Shown here: positions 11,201-26,200 of the stretch, piece by piece
Numbering within the stretch: the stretch's first letter is position 1
How the letters are laid out: each line of letters begins with the position of its first letter
From: the human T2T-CHM13v2.0 reference genome, Homo sapiens
DNA: 64,000 nt
Assembly: GCF_009914755.1 (NCBI RefSeq)
Contig: NC_060926.1
Direction: 5' to 3' (one strand)
The notes under the pieces: generated by a model
Seen by the model: only the letters and a program-made list of their open reading frames with translations
Databases searched by the model: none
What the model was told of the DNA's origin: nothing
Position numbers and translations under genes: made by a program

Positions 11201-14200
11201 TTTGTGATGTTTGCATTCAAGTCACAGAGTTGAACATTCCCTTTCATAGAGCAGGTTTGAAACACTCTTTTTGTAGTATCTGGATGTGGACATTTGGAGC
11301 GCTTTCAGGCCTATGGTGAAAAAGGAAATATCTTCCCCTGAAAACTAGACAGAAGCATTCTCAGAATCTTATTTGTGATGTGCGCCCTCAACTAACAGTG
11401 TTGAAGCTTTCTTTTGATAGAGCAGTTTTGAAACACTCTTTTTGTAAAATCTGCAAGAGGATATTTGGATAGCTTCGAGGATATCGTTGGAAACGGGATT
11501 GTCTTCATATAAAATCTAGACAGAAGCGTTCTCAGAAGCTTCATTGGGATGTTTCAATTGAAGTCACAGTGTTGAACAGTCCCTTTCATAGAGCAGGTTT
11601 GAAACACACTTTTTGTAATATCTGGAAGTGGACATTTGGAGCGCTCTCAGGAATACGGTGAAAAAGGAAATATCTTCCAATAAAAGCTAGATAGAAGCAA
11701 TGTCAGAAACTTTTTCATGATGTATCTACTCAGCTAACAGAGTTGAAGCTTTCTTTTGAGAGAGGAGTTTTGAAACACTCTTTTTGTGGAATCTGCAAGT
11801 GGATATTTGTCTAGCTTTGAGGATTTCGTTGGAAACGGGATTATATATAAAAAGCAGACAGCAGCATTCCCAGAAATTTCTTTGTGATGTTTGCATTCAG
11901 GTCACAGAGTTGAACATTCCCTTTCTTAGAGCAGGTTTGAAACACTCTTTTTGTAGTATCTGGATGTGGACATTTGGAGCGCTTTCAGGCCTATGGTGAA
12001 AAAGGGAATATGTTCCCCTGAAAACTAGAGAGAAGCATTCTCAGAATCTTATTTGTGATGTGCGCCCTCAACTAACAGTGTTGAAGCTCTCTTTTGATAG
12101 AGCAGTTTTGAAACACACTTTTTGTAAAATCTGCAAGAGGATATTTGATTAGCTTTGAGGATTTCGTTGGAAACGGGATTGTCTTCATATAAACTCTAGA
12201 CAGAAGCATTCTCAGAAGCTTCATTGGGATGTTTCAATTGAAGTCACGGTGTTGAACAGTCCCTTTCATAGAGCAGGTTTGAAACACTCTTTTTGTAGTA
12301 TCTGGAAGTGGAAATTTGGAGCGCTCTCAGGACTAATGTGAAAAAGGAAATATCTTCCAATAAAAGCTAGATTGAAGCAATGTCAGAAACTTTTTCATGA
12401 TGTATCTACTCAGCTAACAGAGTTGAACCTTTCTTTTGAGAGAGCAGTTTTGAAACACTCTTTTTATGGAATCTGCAAGTGGATATTTGTCTAGCTTTGA
12501 GGATTTCGTTGGAAACGGGATTACAGATAAAAAGCAGACAGCAGCATTCCCAGAAACTTCTTTGTGATGTTTGCATTCAAGTCACAGAGTTGAACATTCC
12601 CTTTCATAGAGCAGGTTTGAAACACTCTTTTTGTAGTATCTGGATGTGGACATTTGGAGCGCTTTCAGGCCTATGGTGAAAAAGGAAATATCTTCCCCTG
12701 AAAATTAGACAGAAGCATTCTCAGAAACTTATTTGTGATGTGCGCCCTCAACTAACAGTGTGGAACTTTTCTTTTGATAGAGCAGTTTTGAAACACTCTT
12801 TTTGTAAAATCTGCAAGAGGATATTTGGATAGCTTTGAGGATTTCGTTGGAAACGGGATTGTCTTCATATAGAATCTAGACAGAAGCATTCTCAGAAGCT
12901 TCATTGGGATGTTTCAATTGAAGTCACAGTGTTGAACAGTCCCTTTCATAGAGCATGTTTGAAACAATCTTTTTGTAGTATCTGGAAGTGGACATTTGGA
13001 GCGCTCTCAGGACTACGGTGAAAAAGGAAATATCTTCCAAATAAAGCTAGATAGAAGCAATGTCAGAGAATTTTTCATGATGTATCTACTCAGCTAACAG
13101 AGTTGAACCTTTCTTTTGAGAGAGCCGTTTTGAAACACTCTTTTTGTGGAATCTGCAAGTGGATATTGGTGTAGCTTTGAGGATTTCGTTGGAAACGGGA
13201 TTACATAGAAAAAGCAGACAGCAGCATTCCCAGAAACTTCTTTGTGATATTTGCATTCAAGTCACAGACTTGAACATTCCCTTTCATAGAGCAGGTTTGA
13301 AACACTCTTTTTGTAGTATCTGGATGTGGACATTTGGAGCGCTTTCAGGCCTATGGTGAAAAAGGAAATATCTTCCCCTGAAAACTAGACAGAAGCATTC
13401 TCAGAAACTTATTTGTGATGTGCGCCCTCAACTAACAGTGTTGAAGCTTTCTTTTGATAGAGCAGTTTTGAAACACTCTTTTTGTAAAATCTGCAAGAGG
13501 ATATTTGGATAGCTTTGAGGATTTCGTTGGAAACGGGATTGTCTTCATATAAAATCTAGACAGAAGCATTCTCAGAAGCTTCATTGGGATGTTTCAATTG
13601 AAGTCACAGTGTTGAACAGTCCCTTTCATAGAGCATGTTTGAAACAATCTTTTTGTAGTATCTGGAAGTGGACATTTGGAGCGCTCTCAGGACTACGGTG
13701 AAAAAGGAAATATCTTCCAAATAAAGCTAGATAGAAGCAATGTCAGAAAATTTTTCATGATGTATCTATTCAGCTAACAGAGTTGAACCTTTCTTTTGAC
13801 AGAGCAGTTTTGAAACACTCTTTTTGTGGAATCTGCAAGTGGATATTTGTCTAGCTTTGAGGATTTCGTTGGAAACGGGATTACATATAAAAAGCAGACA
13901 GCAGCATTCCCAGAAACTTCTTTGTGATATTTGCATTCAAGTCAGAGACTTGAACATTCCCTTTCATAGAGCAGGTTTGAAACACTCTTTTTGTAGTATC
14001 TGGATGTGGACATTTGGAGCGCTTTCAGGCCTATGGTGAAAAAGGAAATATCTTCCCCTGAAAACTAGACAGAAGCATTCTCAGAAACTTATTTGTGATG
14101 TGCGCCCTCAACTAACAGTGTTGAACCTTTGTTTTGATAGAGCAGTTTTGAAACACTCTTTTTGTAAAATCTGCAAGAGGATATTTGGATAGCTTTGAGG

Positions 14201-17200
14201 ATTTCGTTGGAAACGGGATTGTCTTCATATACAATCTAGACAGAAGCATTCTCAGAAGCTTCATTGGGATGTTTCAATTGAAGTCACAGTGTTGAACAGT
14301 CCCTTTCGTAGAGCAGGTTTGAAACACTCTTTTTGTAATATCTGGAAGTGGACATTTGGAGCGTTCTCAGGACTATGGTGAAAAAGGAAATATCTTCCAA
14401 TAAAAGCTAGATAGAAGCAATGTCAGAAACTTTTTCATGATGTATCTACTCAGCTAACAGAGTTGAACCTTTCTTTTGAGAGAGCCGTTTTGAAACACTC
14501 TTTTTGTGGAATCTGCAAGTGGATATTTGTCTAGCTTTGAGGATTTCGTTGGAAACGGGAGTACATATAAAAAGCAGACAGCAGCATTCCCAGAAACTTC
14601 TTTGTGATATTTGCATTCAAGTCACAGACTTGAACATTCCCTTTCATAGAGCAGGTTTGAAACACTCTTTTTGTAGTATCTGGATGTGGACATTTGGAGC
14701 GCTTTCCGGCCTATGGTGAAAAAGGAAATATCTTCCCCTGAAAACTAGACAGAAGCATTCTCAGAAACTTATTTGTGATGTGCGCCCTCAACTAACAGTG
14801 TTGAAGCTTTCTTTTGATAGAGCAGTTTTGAAACACTCTTTTTGTAAAATCTGCAAGAGGATATTTGGATAGCTTTGAGGATTTCGTTGGAAACGGGATT
14901 GTCTTCATATACAATCTAGACAGAAGCATTCTCAGAAGCTTCATTGGGATGTTTCAATTGAAGTCACAGTGTTGAACACTCACTTTCGTAGAGCAGGTTT
15001 GAAACACTCTTTTTGTAATATCTGGAAGTGGACATTTGGAGCGTTCTCAGGACTATGGTGAAAAAGGAAATAACTTCCAATAAAAGCTAGATAGAAGCAA
15101 TGTCAGAAACTTTTTCATGATGTATCTACTCAGCTAAGAGAGTTGAACCTTTCTTTTGAGAGAGCCGTTTTGAAACACTCTTTTTGTGGAATCTGCAAGT
15201 GGATATTTGTCTAGCTTTGAGGATTTCGTTGGAAACGGGATTACATATAAAAAGCAGACAGCAGCATTCCCAGAAACTTCTTTGTGATGTTTGCATTCAA
15301 GTCACAGAGTTGAACATTCCCTTTCATAGAGCAGGTTTGAAACACTCTTTTTGTAGTATCTGGATGTGGACATTTGGAGCGCTTTCAGGCCTATGGTGAA
15401 AAAGGAAATATCTTCCCCTGAAAACTAGACAGAAGCATTCTCAGAAACTTATTTGTGATGTGCGCCCTCAACTAACAGTGTTAAACCTTTCTTTTGATAG
15501 AGTAGTTTTGAAACACTCTTTGTAAAATCTGCAAGAGGATATTTGGATAGCTTTGAGGATTTCTTTGGAAACGGGATTGTCTTCATATAAAATCTAGACA
15601 AAAGCATTCTCAGAAGCTTCATTGGGATGTTTCAATTGAAGTCACAGTGTTGAACAGTCCCTTTCATAGAGCATGTTTGAAACACTCTTTTTGTAGTATC
15701 TGGAAGTTGACATTTGGAGCTTTTTCAGGACTACGGTGAAAAAGGAAATATCTTCCAAATAAAGCTAGATAGAAGCAATGTCAGAAAATTTTTCATTATG
15801 TATCTACTCAGCTAACAGAATTTAACCTTTCTTTTGAGAGAGAAGTTTTGAAACACTCTTTTTGTGGAATCTGCAAGTGGATATTTGTCTAGGTTTGAGG
15901 ATTTCGTTGTAAACCGTATTACATATGAAAAGCAGACAGCAGCATTCCCAGAAACTTCTTTGTCATGTTTGCATTCAAGTCACAGAGTTGAACATTCCCT
16001 TTCATAGAGCAGGTTTGAAACACTCTTTTTGTAGTATCTGGATGTGGACATTTGGAGCGCTTTCAGGCCTATGGTGAAAAAGGAAATATCTTCCCCTGAA
16101 AACTAGACAGAAGCATTCTCAGAAACTTATTTGTGATGTGCACCCTCAACTAACAGTGTTGAAGCTTTCTTTAGACAGAACAGTTTGAAACACTCTTTTT
16201 GTAAAATCTGCAAGAGGATATTTGGATTGCTTTGAGGATTTCGGAGGAAATGGGATTGTCTTCATATAAACTCTAGACAGTAGCATTCTCAGAAGCTTCA
16301 TTGGGATGTTTCAATTGAAGTCACAGTGTTGAACAGTCCGTTTCATAGAGCAGGTTTGAAACACTCTTTTTGTAGTATCTGGAAGTGGACATTTGGAGCG
16401 CTCTCAGGACTACGGTGAAAAAGGAAATATCTTCCAATAAAAGCTAGATAGAAGCAATGTCAGAAACTTTTTCATGATTTATCTACTCAGCTAACAGAGT
16501 TGAACCTTTTTTTTGAGAGAGCAGTTTTGAAACACTCTTTTTGTTCGATCTGCAGGTGGATATTTGTCTAGGTTTGAGGATTTCGTTGGAAACGGGATTA
16601 CATATAAAAAACAGACAGCAGCATTCCCAGAAACTTCTTTGTGATGTTTGCATTCAAGTCACAGAGTTGAACATTCCCTTTCATAGAGCAGGTTTGAAAC
16701 ACTATTTTTGTAGTATCTGGATGTGGACATTTGGAGCGCTCCCAGGCCTCTGGTGAAAAAGGAAATATCTTCCCCTGCAAACTAGACAGAAGCATTCTCA
16801 GAAACTTATTTGGGATGTGCGCCCTCAACTAACAATGTTGAACCTTTCTGTTGATAGAGTAGTTTTGAAACACTCTTTTTGTAAAATCTGCAAGAGGATA
16901 TTTGGATAGCTTTGAGGATTTCGTTGGAAACGGGATTGTCTTCATATTAACCCTAGACAGTAGCATTCTCAGAAGGTTCATTGGGATGTTTCAATTGAAG
17001 TCACAGTGTTGAACAGTCACTTTCATAGAGCAGGATTGAAACACTCTTTTTGTAGCATCTGGAAGTGGACATTTGGAGCGCTCTCAGGACTACGGTGAAA
17101 AAGGAAATATCTTCCAATAAAAGCTAGATAGAAGCAATGTCAGAAACTTTTTCATGATGTATCTACTCAGCTAAAAGAGTTGAACCTTTCTTTTGTGAGA

Positions 17201-20200
17201 GCAGTTTTGAAACACTATTTTTGTGGAATCTGCAAGTGGATATTTGTCTAGCTTTGAGGATTCCGTTGGAAACGGGATTACATAGAAAAAGCAGACAGCA
17301 GCATTCCCAGAAACTTCTTTGTGAAATTTGCATTCAAGTCACAGACTTGAACATTCCCTTTCATAGAGCAGGTTTGAAACACTCTTTTTGTAGTATCTGG
17401 ATGTGGACGTTTGGAGCGCTTTCAGGCCTATGGTGAAAAAGGAAATATCTTCCCCTGAAAACTAGACAGAAGCATTCTCAGAAACTTATTTGTGATGTGC
17501 GCCCTCAACTAACAGTGTTGAACCTTTCTTTTGATAGAGTAGTTTTGAAACACTCTTTTTGTAAAATCTGCAAGAGGATATTTGGATAGCTTTGAGTATT
17601 TCGTTGGAAACGGGATTGTCTTCATATAAACTCTAGACAGTAGCATTCTGAGAAGCTTCATTGGGATGTTTCAATTGAAGTCACAGTGTTGAACAGTCCC
17701 TTTCATAGAGCAGGTTTGAAACACTCTTTTTGTAGCATCTGGAAGTGGACATTTGGAGCGCTCTCAGGACTACGGTGAAAAAGGAAATATCTTCCAATAA
17801 AAGTTAGATAGAAGCAATGTGAGAAACTTTTTCATGATGTATCTACTCAGCTAAAAGAGTTGAACCTTTCTTTTGAGAGAGCAGTTTTGAAACACTCTTT
17901 TTGTGGAATCTGCAAGTGGATATTTGTCTAGCTTTGAGGATTTCTTTGGAAACGGGATTACATATAAAAAGCAGACAGCAGCATTCCCAGAAACTTCTTT
18001 GTGATGTTTGCATTCAAGTCACAGAGTTGAACATTCCCTTTCATAGAGCAGGTTTGAAACACTCTTTTTGTAGTATCTGGATGTGGACATTTGGAGCGCT
18101 CTCAGGCCTATGGTGAAAAAGGAAATATCTTCCTCTGAAAACTAGACAGAAGCATTCTCAGAAACTTATTTGTGATGTGCACCCTCAACTAACAGTGTTG
18201 AAGCTTTCTTTTGACAGAGCAGTTTGAAACACTCTTTTTGTAAAATCTGCAAGAGGATATTTGGATTGCTTTGAGGATTTCGGAGGAAATGGGATTGTCT
18301 TCATATAAACTCTAGACAGTAGCATTCTCAGAAGCTTCATTGAGATGTTTCAATTGAAGTCACAGTGTTGAACAGTCCGTTTCATAGAGCAGGTTTGAAA
18401 CACTCTTTTTGTAGTATCTGGAAGTGGACATTTGGAGCGCTCTCAGGACTACGGTGAAAAAGGAAATATCTTCCATTAAAGCTAGATAGAAGCAATGTCA
18501 GAAACTTTTTCATGATGTATCTACTCAGCTAACAGAGTTGAACCTTTTTTTTGAGAGAGCAGTTTTGAAACACTCTTTTTGTTCGATCTGCAGGTGGATA
18601 TTTGTCTAGGTTTGAGGATTTCCTTGGAAACGGGATTACATATAAAAAACAGACAGCAGCATTCCCAGAAACTTCTTTGTGATGTTTGCATTCAAGTCAC
18701 AGAGTTGAACATTCCCTTTCATAGAGCAGGTTTGAAACACTATTTTTGTAGTATCTGGATGTGGACATTTGGAGCGCTCTCAGGCCTATGGTGAAAAAGG
18801 AAATATCTTCCCCTGCAAACTAGACAGAAGCATTCTCAGAAACTTATTTGTGATGTGGGCCCTCAACTAACAATGTTGAACCTTTCTGTTGATAGAGTAG
18901 TTTTGAAACACTCTTTTTGTAAAATCTGCAAGAGGATATTTGGATAGCTTTGAGGATTTCGTTGGAAACGGGATTGTCTTCATATTAACCCTAGACAGTA
19001 GCATTCTCAGAAGGTTCATTGGGATGTTTCAATTGAAGTCACAGTGTTGAACAATCACTTTCATAGAGCAGGTTTGAAACACTCTTTTTGTAGCATCTGG
19101 AAGTGGACATTTGGAGCGCTCTCAGGACTACGGTGAAAAAGGAAATATCTTCCAATAAAAGCTAGATAGAAGCAATGTCAGAAACTTTTTCATGATGTAT
19201 CTACTCAGCTAAAAGAGTTGAACCTTTCTTTTCTGAGAGCAGTTTTGAAACACTATTTTTGTGGAATATGCAAGTGGATATTTGTCTAGCTTTGAGGATT
19301 CCGTTGGAAACGGGATTACATAGAAAAAGCAGACAGCAGCATTCCCAGAAACTTCTTTGTGAAATTTGCATTCAAGTCACAGACTTGAACATTCCCTTTC
19401 ATAGAGCAGGTTTGAAACACTCTTTTTGTAGTATCTGGATGTGGACGTTTGGAGCGCTTTCAGGCCTATGGTGAAAAAGGAAATATCTTCCCCTGAAAAC
19501 TAGACAGAAGCATTCTCAGAAACTTATTTGTGATGTGCGCCCTCAACTAACAGTGTTGAACCTTTCTTTTGATAGAGTAGTTTTGAAACACTCTTTTTGT
19601 AAAATCTGCAAGAGGATATTTGGATAGCTTTGAGTATTTCGTTGGAAACGGGATTGTCTTCATATAAACTCTAGACAGTAGCATTCTGAGAAGCTTCATT
19701 GGGATGTTTCAATTGAAGTCACAGTGTTGAACAGTCCCTTTCATAGAGCAGGTTTGAAACACTCTTTTTGTAGCATCTGGAAGTGGACAGTTGGAGCGCT
19801 CTCAGGACTACGGTGAAAAAGGAAATATCTTCCAATAAAAGCTAGATAGAAGCAATGTGAGAAACTTTTTCATGATGTATCTACTCAGCTAAAAGAGTTG
19901 AACCTTTCTTTTGAGAGAGCAGTTTTGAAACACTCTTTTTGTGGAATCTGCAAGTGGATATTTGTCTAGCTTTGAGGACTTCTTTGGAAACGGGATTACA
20001 TATAAAAAGCAGACAGCAGCATTCCCAGAAACTTCTTTGTGATGTTTGCATTCAAGTCACAGAGTTGAACATTCCCTTTCATAGAGCAGGTTTGAAACAC
20101 TCTTTTTGTAGTATCTGGATGTGGACATTTGGAGCGCTCTCAGGCCTATGGTGAAAAAGGAAATATCTTCCCCTGAAAACTAGATAGAAGCATTCTGAGA

Positions 20201-23200
20201 AACTTATTTGTGATGTGCGCCCTCAACTAACAGTGTTGAACTTTTCTTTTGATAGAGCAGTTTTGAAACACTCTTTTTGTAAAATCTGCAAGAGGATATT
20301 TGGATAGCTTTGAGGATTTCGTTGGAAACGGGATTGTCTTCATATAAAATCTAGACAGAAGCATTCTCAGAAGCTTCATTGGGATGTTTCAATTGAAGTC
20401 ACAGTGTTGAACAGTCCCTTTCATAGAGCATGTTTGAAACAATCTTTTTGTAGTATCTGGAAGTGGACATTTGGAGCGCTCTCAGGACTACGGTGAAAAA
20501 GGAAATATCTTCCAAATAAAGCTAGATAGAAGCAATGTCAGAAAATTTTTCATGATGTATCTATTCAGCTAACAGAGTTGAACCTTTCTTTTGACAGAGC
20601 AGTTTTGAAACACTCTTTTTGTGGAATCTGCAAGTGGATATTTGTCTAGCTTTGAGGATTTCGTTGGAAACGGGATTACATATAAAAAGCAGACAGCAGC
20701 ATTCCCAGAAACTTCTTTGTGATATTTGCATTCAAGTCACAGAGTTGAACATTCCCTTTCATAGAGCAGGTTTGAAACACTCTTTTTGTAGTATCTGCAT
20801 GTGGACATTTGGAGCGCTTTCAGGCCTATGGTGAAAAAGGAAATATCTTCCCCTGAAAACTAGACAGAAGCATTCTCAGAAACTTATTTGTGATGTGCGC
20901 CCTCAACTAACAGTGTTGAAGCTTTCTTTTGATAGAGCAGTTTTGAAACACTCTTTTTGTAAAATCTGCAAGAGGATATTTGGATAGCTTTGAGGATTTC
21001 GTTGGAAACGGGATTGTCTTCATATACAATCTAGACAGAAGCATTCTCAGAAGCTTCATTGGGATGTTTCAATTAAAGTCACAGTGTTGAACAGTCCCTA
21101 TCGTAGAGCAGGTTTGAAACACTCTTTTTGTAATATCTGGAAGTGGAGATTTGGAGCGCTCTCAGGACTACGGTGAAAAAGGAAATATATTCCAATAAAA
21201 GCTAGATAGAAGCAATGTCAGAAACTTTTTCATGATGTATCTACTCAGCTAACAGAGTTGAACCTTTTTTTTGAGAGAGCAGTTTTGAAACACTCTTTTT
21301 GTTGGATCTGCAGGTGGATATTTGTCTAGCTTTGAGGATTTCGTTGGAAACGGGATTACATATAAAAAGCAGACAGCAGCATTCCCAGAAACTTCTTTGT
21401 GATATTTGCATTCAAGTCACAGACTTGAACATTCCCTTTCATAGAGCAGGTTTGAAACACTCTTTTTGTAGTATCTGGATGTGGACATTTGGAGCGCTTT
21501 CAGGCCTATGGTGAAAAAGGAAATATCTTCCCCTGAAAACTAGACAGAAGCATTCTCAGAAACTTATTTGTGATGTGCGCCCTCAACTAACAGTGTTGAA
21601 GCTTTCTTTTGATAGAGCAGTTTTGAAACACTCTTTTTGTAAAATCTGCAAGAGGATATTTGGATAGCTTTGAGGATTTCGTTGGAAACGGGATTGTCTT
21701 CATATACAATCTAGACAGAAGCATTCTCAGAAGCTTCATTGGGATGTTTCAATTGAAGTCACAGTGTTGAACAGTCCCTTTCGTAGAGCAGGTTGGAAAC
21801 ACTCTTTTTGTAATATCTGGAAGTGGACATTTGGAGCGTTCTCAGGACTATGGTGAAAAAGGAAATATCTTCCAATAAAAGCTAGATAGAAGCAATGTCA
21901 GAAACTTTTTCATGATGTATCTACTCAGCTAACAGAGTTGAACCTTTCTTTTGAGAGAGCCGTTTTGAAACACTCTTTTTGTGGAATCTGCAAGTGGATA
22001 TTTGTCTAGCTTTGAGGATTTCGTTGGAAACGGGATTACATATAAAAAGCAGACAGCAGCATTCCCAGAAACTTCTTTGTGATGTTTGCATTCAAGTCAC
22101 AGAGTTGAACATTCCCTTTCATAGAGCAGGTTTGAAACACTCTTTTTGTAGTATCTGGATGTGGACATTTGGAGCGCTTTCAGGCCTATGGTGAAAAAGG
22201 AAATATCTTCCCCTGAAAACTAGACAGAAGCATTCTCAGAAACTTATTTGTGATGTGCGCCCTCAACTAACAGTGTTAAACCTTTCTTTTGATAGAGTAG
22301 TTTTGAAACACTCTTTGTAAAATCTGCAAGAGGATATTTTGATAGCTTTGAGGATTTCTTTGGAAACGGGATTGTCTTCATATAAAATCTAGACAAAAGC
22401 ATTCTCAGAAGCTTCATTGGGATGTTTCAATTGAAGTCACAGTGTTGAACAGTCCCTTTCATAGAGCATGTTTGAAACACTCTTTTTGTAGTATCTGGAA
22501 GTTGACATTTGGAGCGTTTTCAGGACTACGGTGAAAAAGGAAATATCTTCCAAATAAAGCTAGATAGAAGCAATGTCAGAAAATTTTTCATGATGTATCT
22601 ACTCAGCTAACAGAATTTAACCTTTCTTTTGAGAGAGCAGTTTTGAAACACTCTTTTTGTGGAATCTGCAAGTGGATATTTGTCTAGGTTTGAGGATTTC
22701 GTTGGAAACGGGATTGCATATAAAAAGCAGACAGCAGCATTCCCAGAAACTTCTTTGTGATGTTTGCATTCAAGTCACAGAGTTGAACATTCCCTTTCAT
22801 AGAGCAGGTTTGAAACACTCTTTTTGTAGTATCTGGATGTGGACATTTGGAGCGCTTTCAGGCCTATGGTGAAAAAGGAAATATCTTCCCCTGAAAACTA
22901 GACAGAAGCATTCTCAGAAACTTATTTGTGATGTGCACCCTCAACTAACAGTGTTGAAGCTTTCTTTTGACAGAGCAGTTTGAAACACTCTTTTTGTAAA
23001 ATCTCCAAGAGGATATTTGCATAGCTTTGAGGATTTCGGTGGAAATGGGATTGTCTTCATATAAACTCTAGACAGTAGCATTCTCAGAAGCTTCATTGGG
23101 ATGTTTCAATTGAAGTCACAGTGTTGAACAGTCCCTTTCATAGAGCAGGTTTGAAACACTCTTTTTGTAGTATCTGGAAGTGGACATTTGGAGCGCTCTC

Positions 23201-26200
23201 AAGACTACGGTGAAAAAGGAAATATCTTCCAATAAAAGCTAGATAGAAGCAATGTCAGAAACTTTTTCATGATGTATCTACTCAGCTAACAGAGTTGAAC
23301 CTTTTTTTTGAGAGAGCAGTTTTGAAACACTCTTTTTGTTCGATCTGCAGGTGGATATTTGTCTAGGTTTGAGGATTTCGTTGGAAACGGGATTACATAT
23401 AAAAAACAGACAGCAGCATTCCCAGAAACTTCTTTGTGATGTTTGCATTCAAGTCACAGAGTTGAACATTCCCTTTCGTAGAGCAGGTTTGAAACACTCT
23501 TTTTGTAGTATCTGGATGTGGACATTTGGAGCGCTCTCAGGCCTATGGTGAAAAAGGAAATATCTTCCCCTGGAAACTACACAGAAGCATTCTCAGAAAC
23601 TTATTTGTGATGTGCGCCCTCAACTAACAATGTTGAACCTTTCTGTTGATAGAGTAGTTTTGAAACACTCTTCTTGTAAAATCTGCAAGAGGATATTTGG
23701 ATAGCTTTGAGGATTTCGTTGGAAACGGGATTGTCTTCATATTAACCCTAGACAGTAGCATTCTCAGAAGGTTCATTGGGATGTTTCAATTGAAGTCACA
23801 GTGTTGAACAGTCACTTTCATAGAGCAGGTTTGAAACACTCTTTTTGTAGCATCTGGAAGTGGACATTTGGAGCGCTCTCAGGACTACGGTGAAAAAGGA
23901 AATATCTTCCAATAAAAGCTAGATAGAAGCAATGTCAGAAACTTTTTCATGATGTATCTACTCAGCTAAAAGAGTTGAACCTTTCTTTTGTGAGAGCAGT
24001 CTTGAAACACTATTTTTGTGGAATCTGCAAGTGGATATTTGTCTAGCTTTGAGGATTTCGTTGGAAACGAGATTACATATAAAAAGCAGACAGCAGCATT
24101 CCCAGAAACTACTTTGTGAAATTTGCATTCAAGTCACAGACTTGAACATTCCCTTTCATAGAGCAGGTTTGAAACACTCTTTTTGTAGTATCTGGATGTG
24201 GACGTTTGGAGCGCTTTCAGGCCTACGGTGAAAAAGGAAATATCTTCCCCTGAAAACTATACAGAAGCATTCTCAGAAACTTATTTGTGATGTGCGCCCT
24301 CAACTAACAGTGTTGAAGCTTTCTTTTGATAGAGCAGTTTTGAAACACTCTTTTTGTAAAATCTGCAAGAGGATATTTGGATAGCTTTGAGGATTTCGTT
24401 GGAAACGGGATTGTCTTCATATAGAATCTAGACAGAAGCATTCTCAGAAGCTTCATTGGGATGTTTCAATTGAAGTCACAGTGTTGAACAGTCCCTTTCA
24501 TAGAGCATGTTTGAAACACTCTTTTTGTAGTATCTGGAAGTGGACATTTGGAGCGTTCTCAGGACGACAGTGAAAAAGGAAATATCTTCCAACAAAAGCT
24601 AGATAGAAGAAATGTCAGAAAATTTTTCATGATGTATCTACTCAGCTAACAGAGTTGAACCTTTCTTTGGAGAGAGTAGTTTTGAAACACTCTTTTTGTG
24701 GAATCTGCAAGTGGATATTTGTCTAGTTTTGAGGATTGCGTTGGAAACGGTATTACATATAAAAAGCAGACAGCAGCATTCCCAGAAACTTCTTTGTGAT
24801 ATTTGCATTGAAGTCACAGACTTGAATATTCCGTTTCATAGAGCAGGTTTGAAACACTCTTTTTGTAGTATCTGGATGTGGACATTTGGAGCGCTTTCAG
24901 GCCTATGGTGAAAAAGGAAATATCTTCCCCTGAAAACTAGACAGAAGCATTCTCAGAAACTTATTTGTCATGTGCGCCCTCAACTAACAGTGTTGAACCT
25001 TTCTTTTGATAGAGCAGTTTTGATACACTCTTTTTGTAAAATCCGCAAGAGGATATTTGGATAGCTTTGAGGATTACGTTGGAAACGGGATTGTCTTCAT
25101 ATAGAATCTAGACAGAATCATTCTCAGAAGCTTCATTGGGATGTTTCAATTGAAGTCACAGTGTTGAACAGTCCCTTTCATAGAGCAGATTTGAAACACT
25201 CTTTTTGTAGTATCTGGAAGTGGACATTTGGAGCGCTCTCAGGACTACAGTGAAAAAGGAAATATCTTCCAATAAAAGCTAGATAGAAGCAATGTCAGAA
25301 AATTTTTCATGATGTATCTACTCAGCTAACAGGGTTGAACCTTTCTTTTGAGAGAGCAGTTTTGAAACACTCTTTTTGTGGAATCTGCAAGTGGATATTT
25401 GTCTAGCTTTGAGGATTGCGTTGGAAACGGGATTACATATAAAAAGCAGACAGCAGCATTCCCAGAAACTTCTTGGTGATATTTGCATTCAAGTCACAGA
25501 CTTGAACATTCCCTTCCATAGAGCGGGTTTGAAACACTCTTTTTGTAGTATCTGGATGTGGACATTTGGAGCGCTTTCAGGCCTATGGTGAAAAAGGAAA
25601 TATCTTCCCCTGAAAACTAGACAGAAGCATTCTCAGAATCTTATTTGTGATGTGCGCCCTCAACTAACAGTGTTGAAGCTTTCTTTTGATAGAGCAGTTT
25701 TGAAACACTCTTTTTGTAAAATCTGCAAGAGGATATTTGGATACCTTTGAGGATTTCGTTGGAAACGGGATTGTCTTCATATAAAATCTAGACAGAAGCA
25801 TTCTCAGAAGCTTCATTGGGATGTTTCAATTGAAGTCACAGTGTTGAACAGTCCCTTTCATAGAGCACGTTTGAAACAATCTTTTTGTAGTATCTGGAAG
25901 TGGACATTTGGAGCGTTCTCAGGACTACGGTGAAAAAGGAAATATCTTCCAAATAAAGCTAGATAGAAGCAATGTCAGAAAATTTTTCATGATGTATCTA
26001 CTCAGCTAACAGAGTTGAACCTTTCTTTTGACAGAGCAGTTTTGAAACACTCTTTTTGTGGAATCTGCAAGTGGATATTTGTCTAGCTTTGAGGATTTCG
26101 TTGGAAACGGGATTACATATAAAAAGCAGACAGCAGCATTCCCAGAAACTTCTTTGTGATGTTTGCATTCAAGTCACAGAGTTGAACATTCCCTTTCATA

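Larger units (their letters stand above)
450..12200 (+). repeat. Tandem duplication of an L1-containing multi-HOR block (offset 6,208 bp right of the L1)
   Basis: Ordered shared HOR variants: 714/6936, 2176/8384, 2856/9064, 3536/9744, 5576/11784. Boundaries are approximate. Confidence 0.9.
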
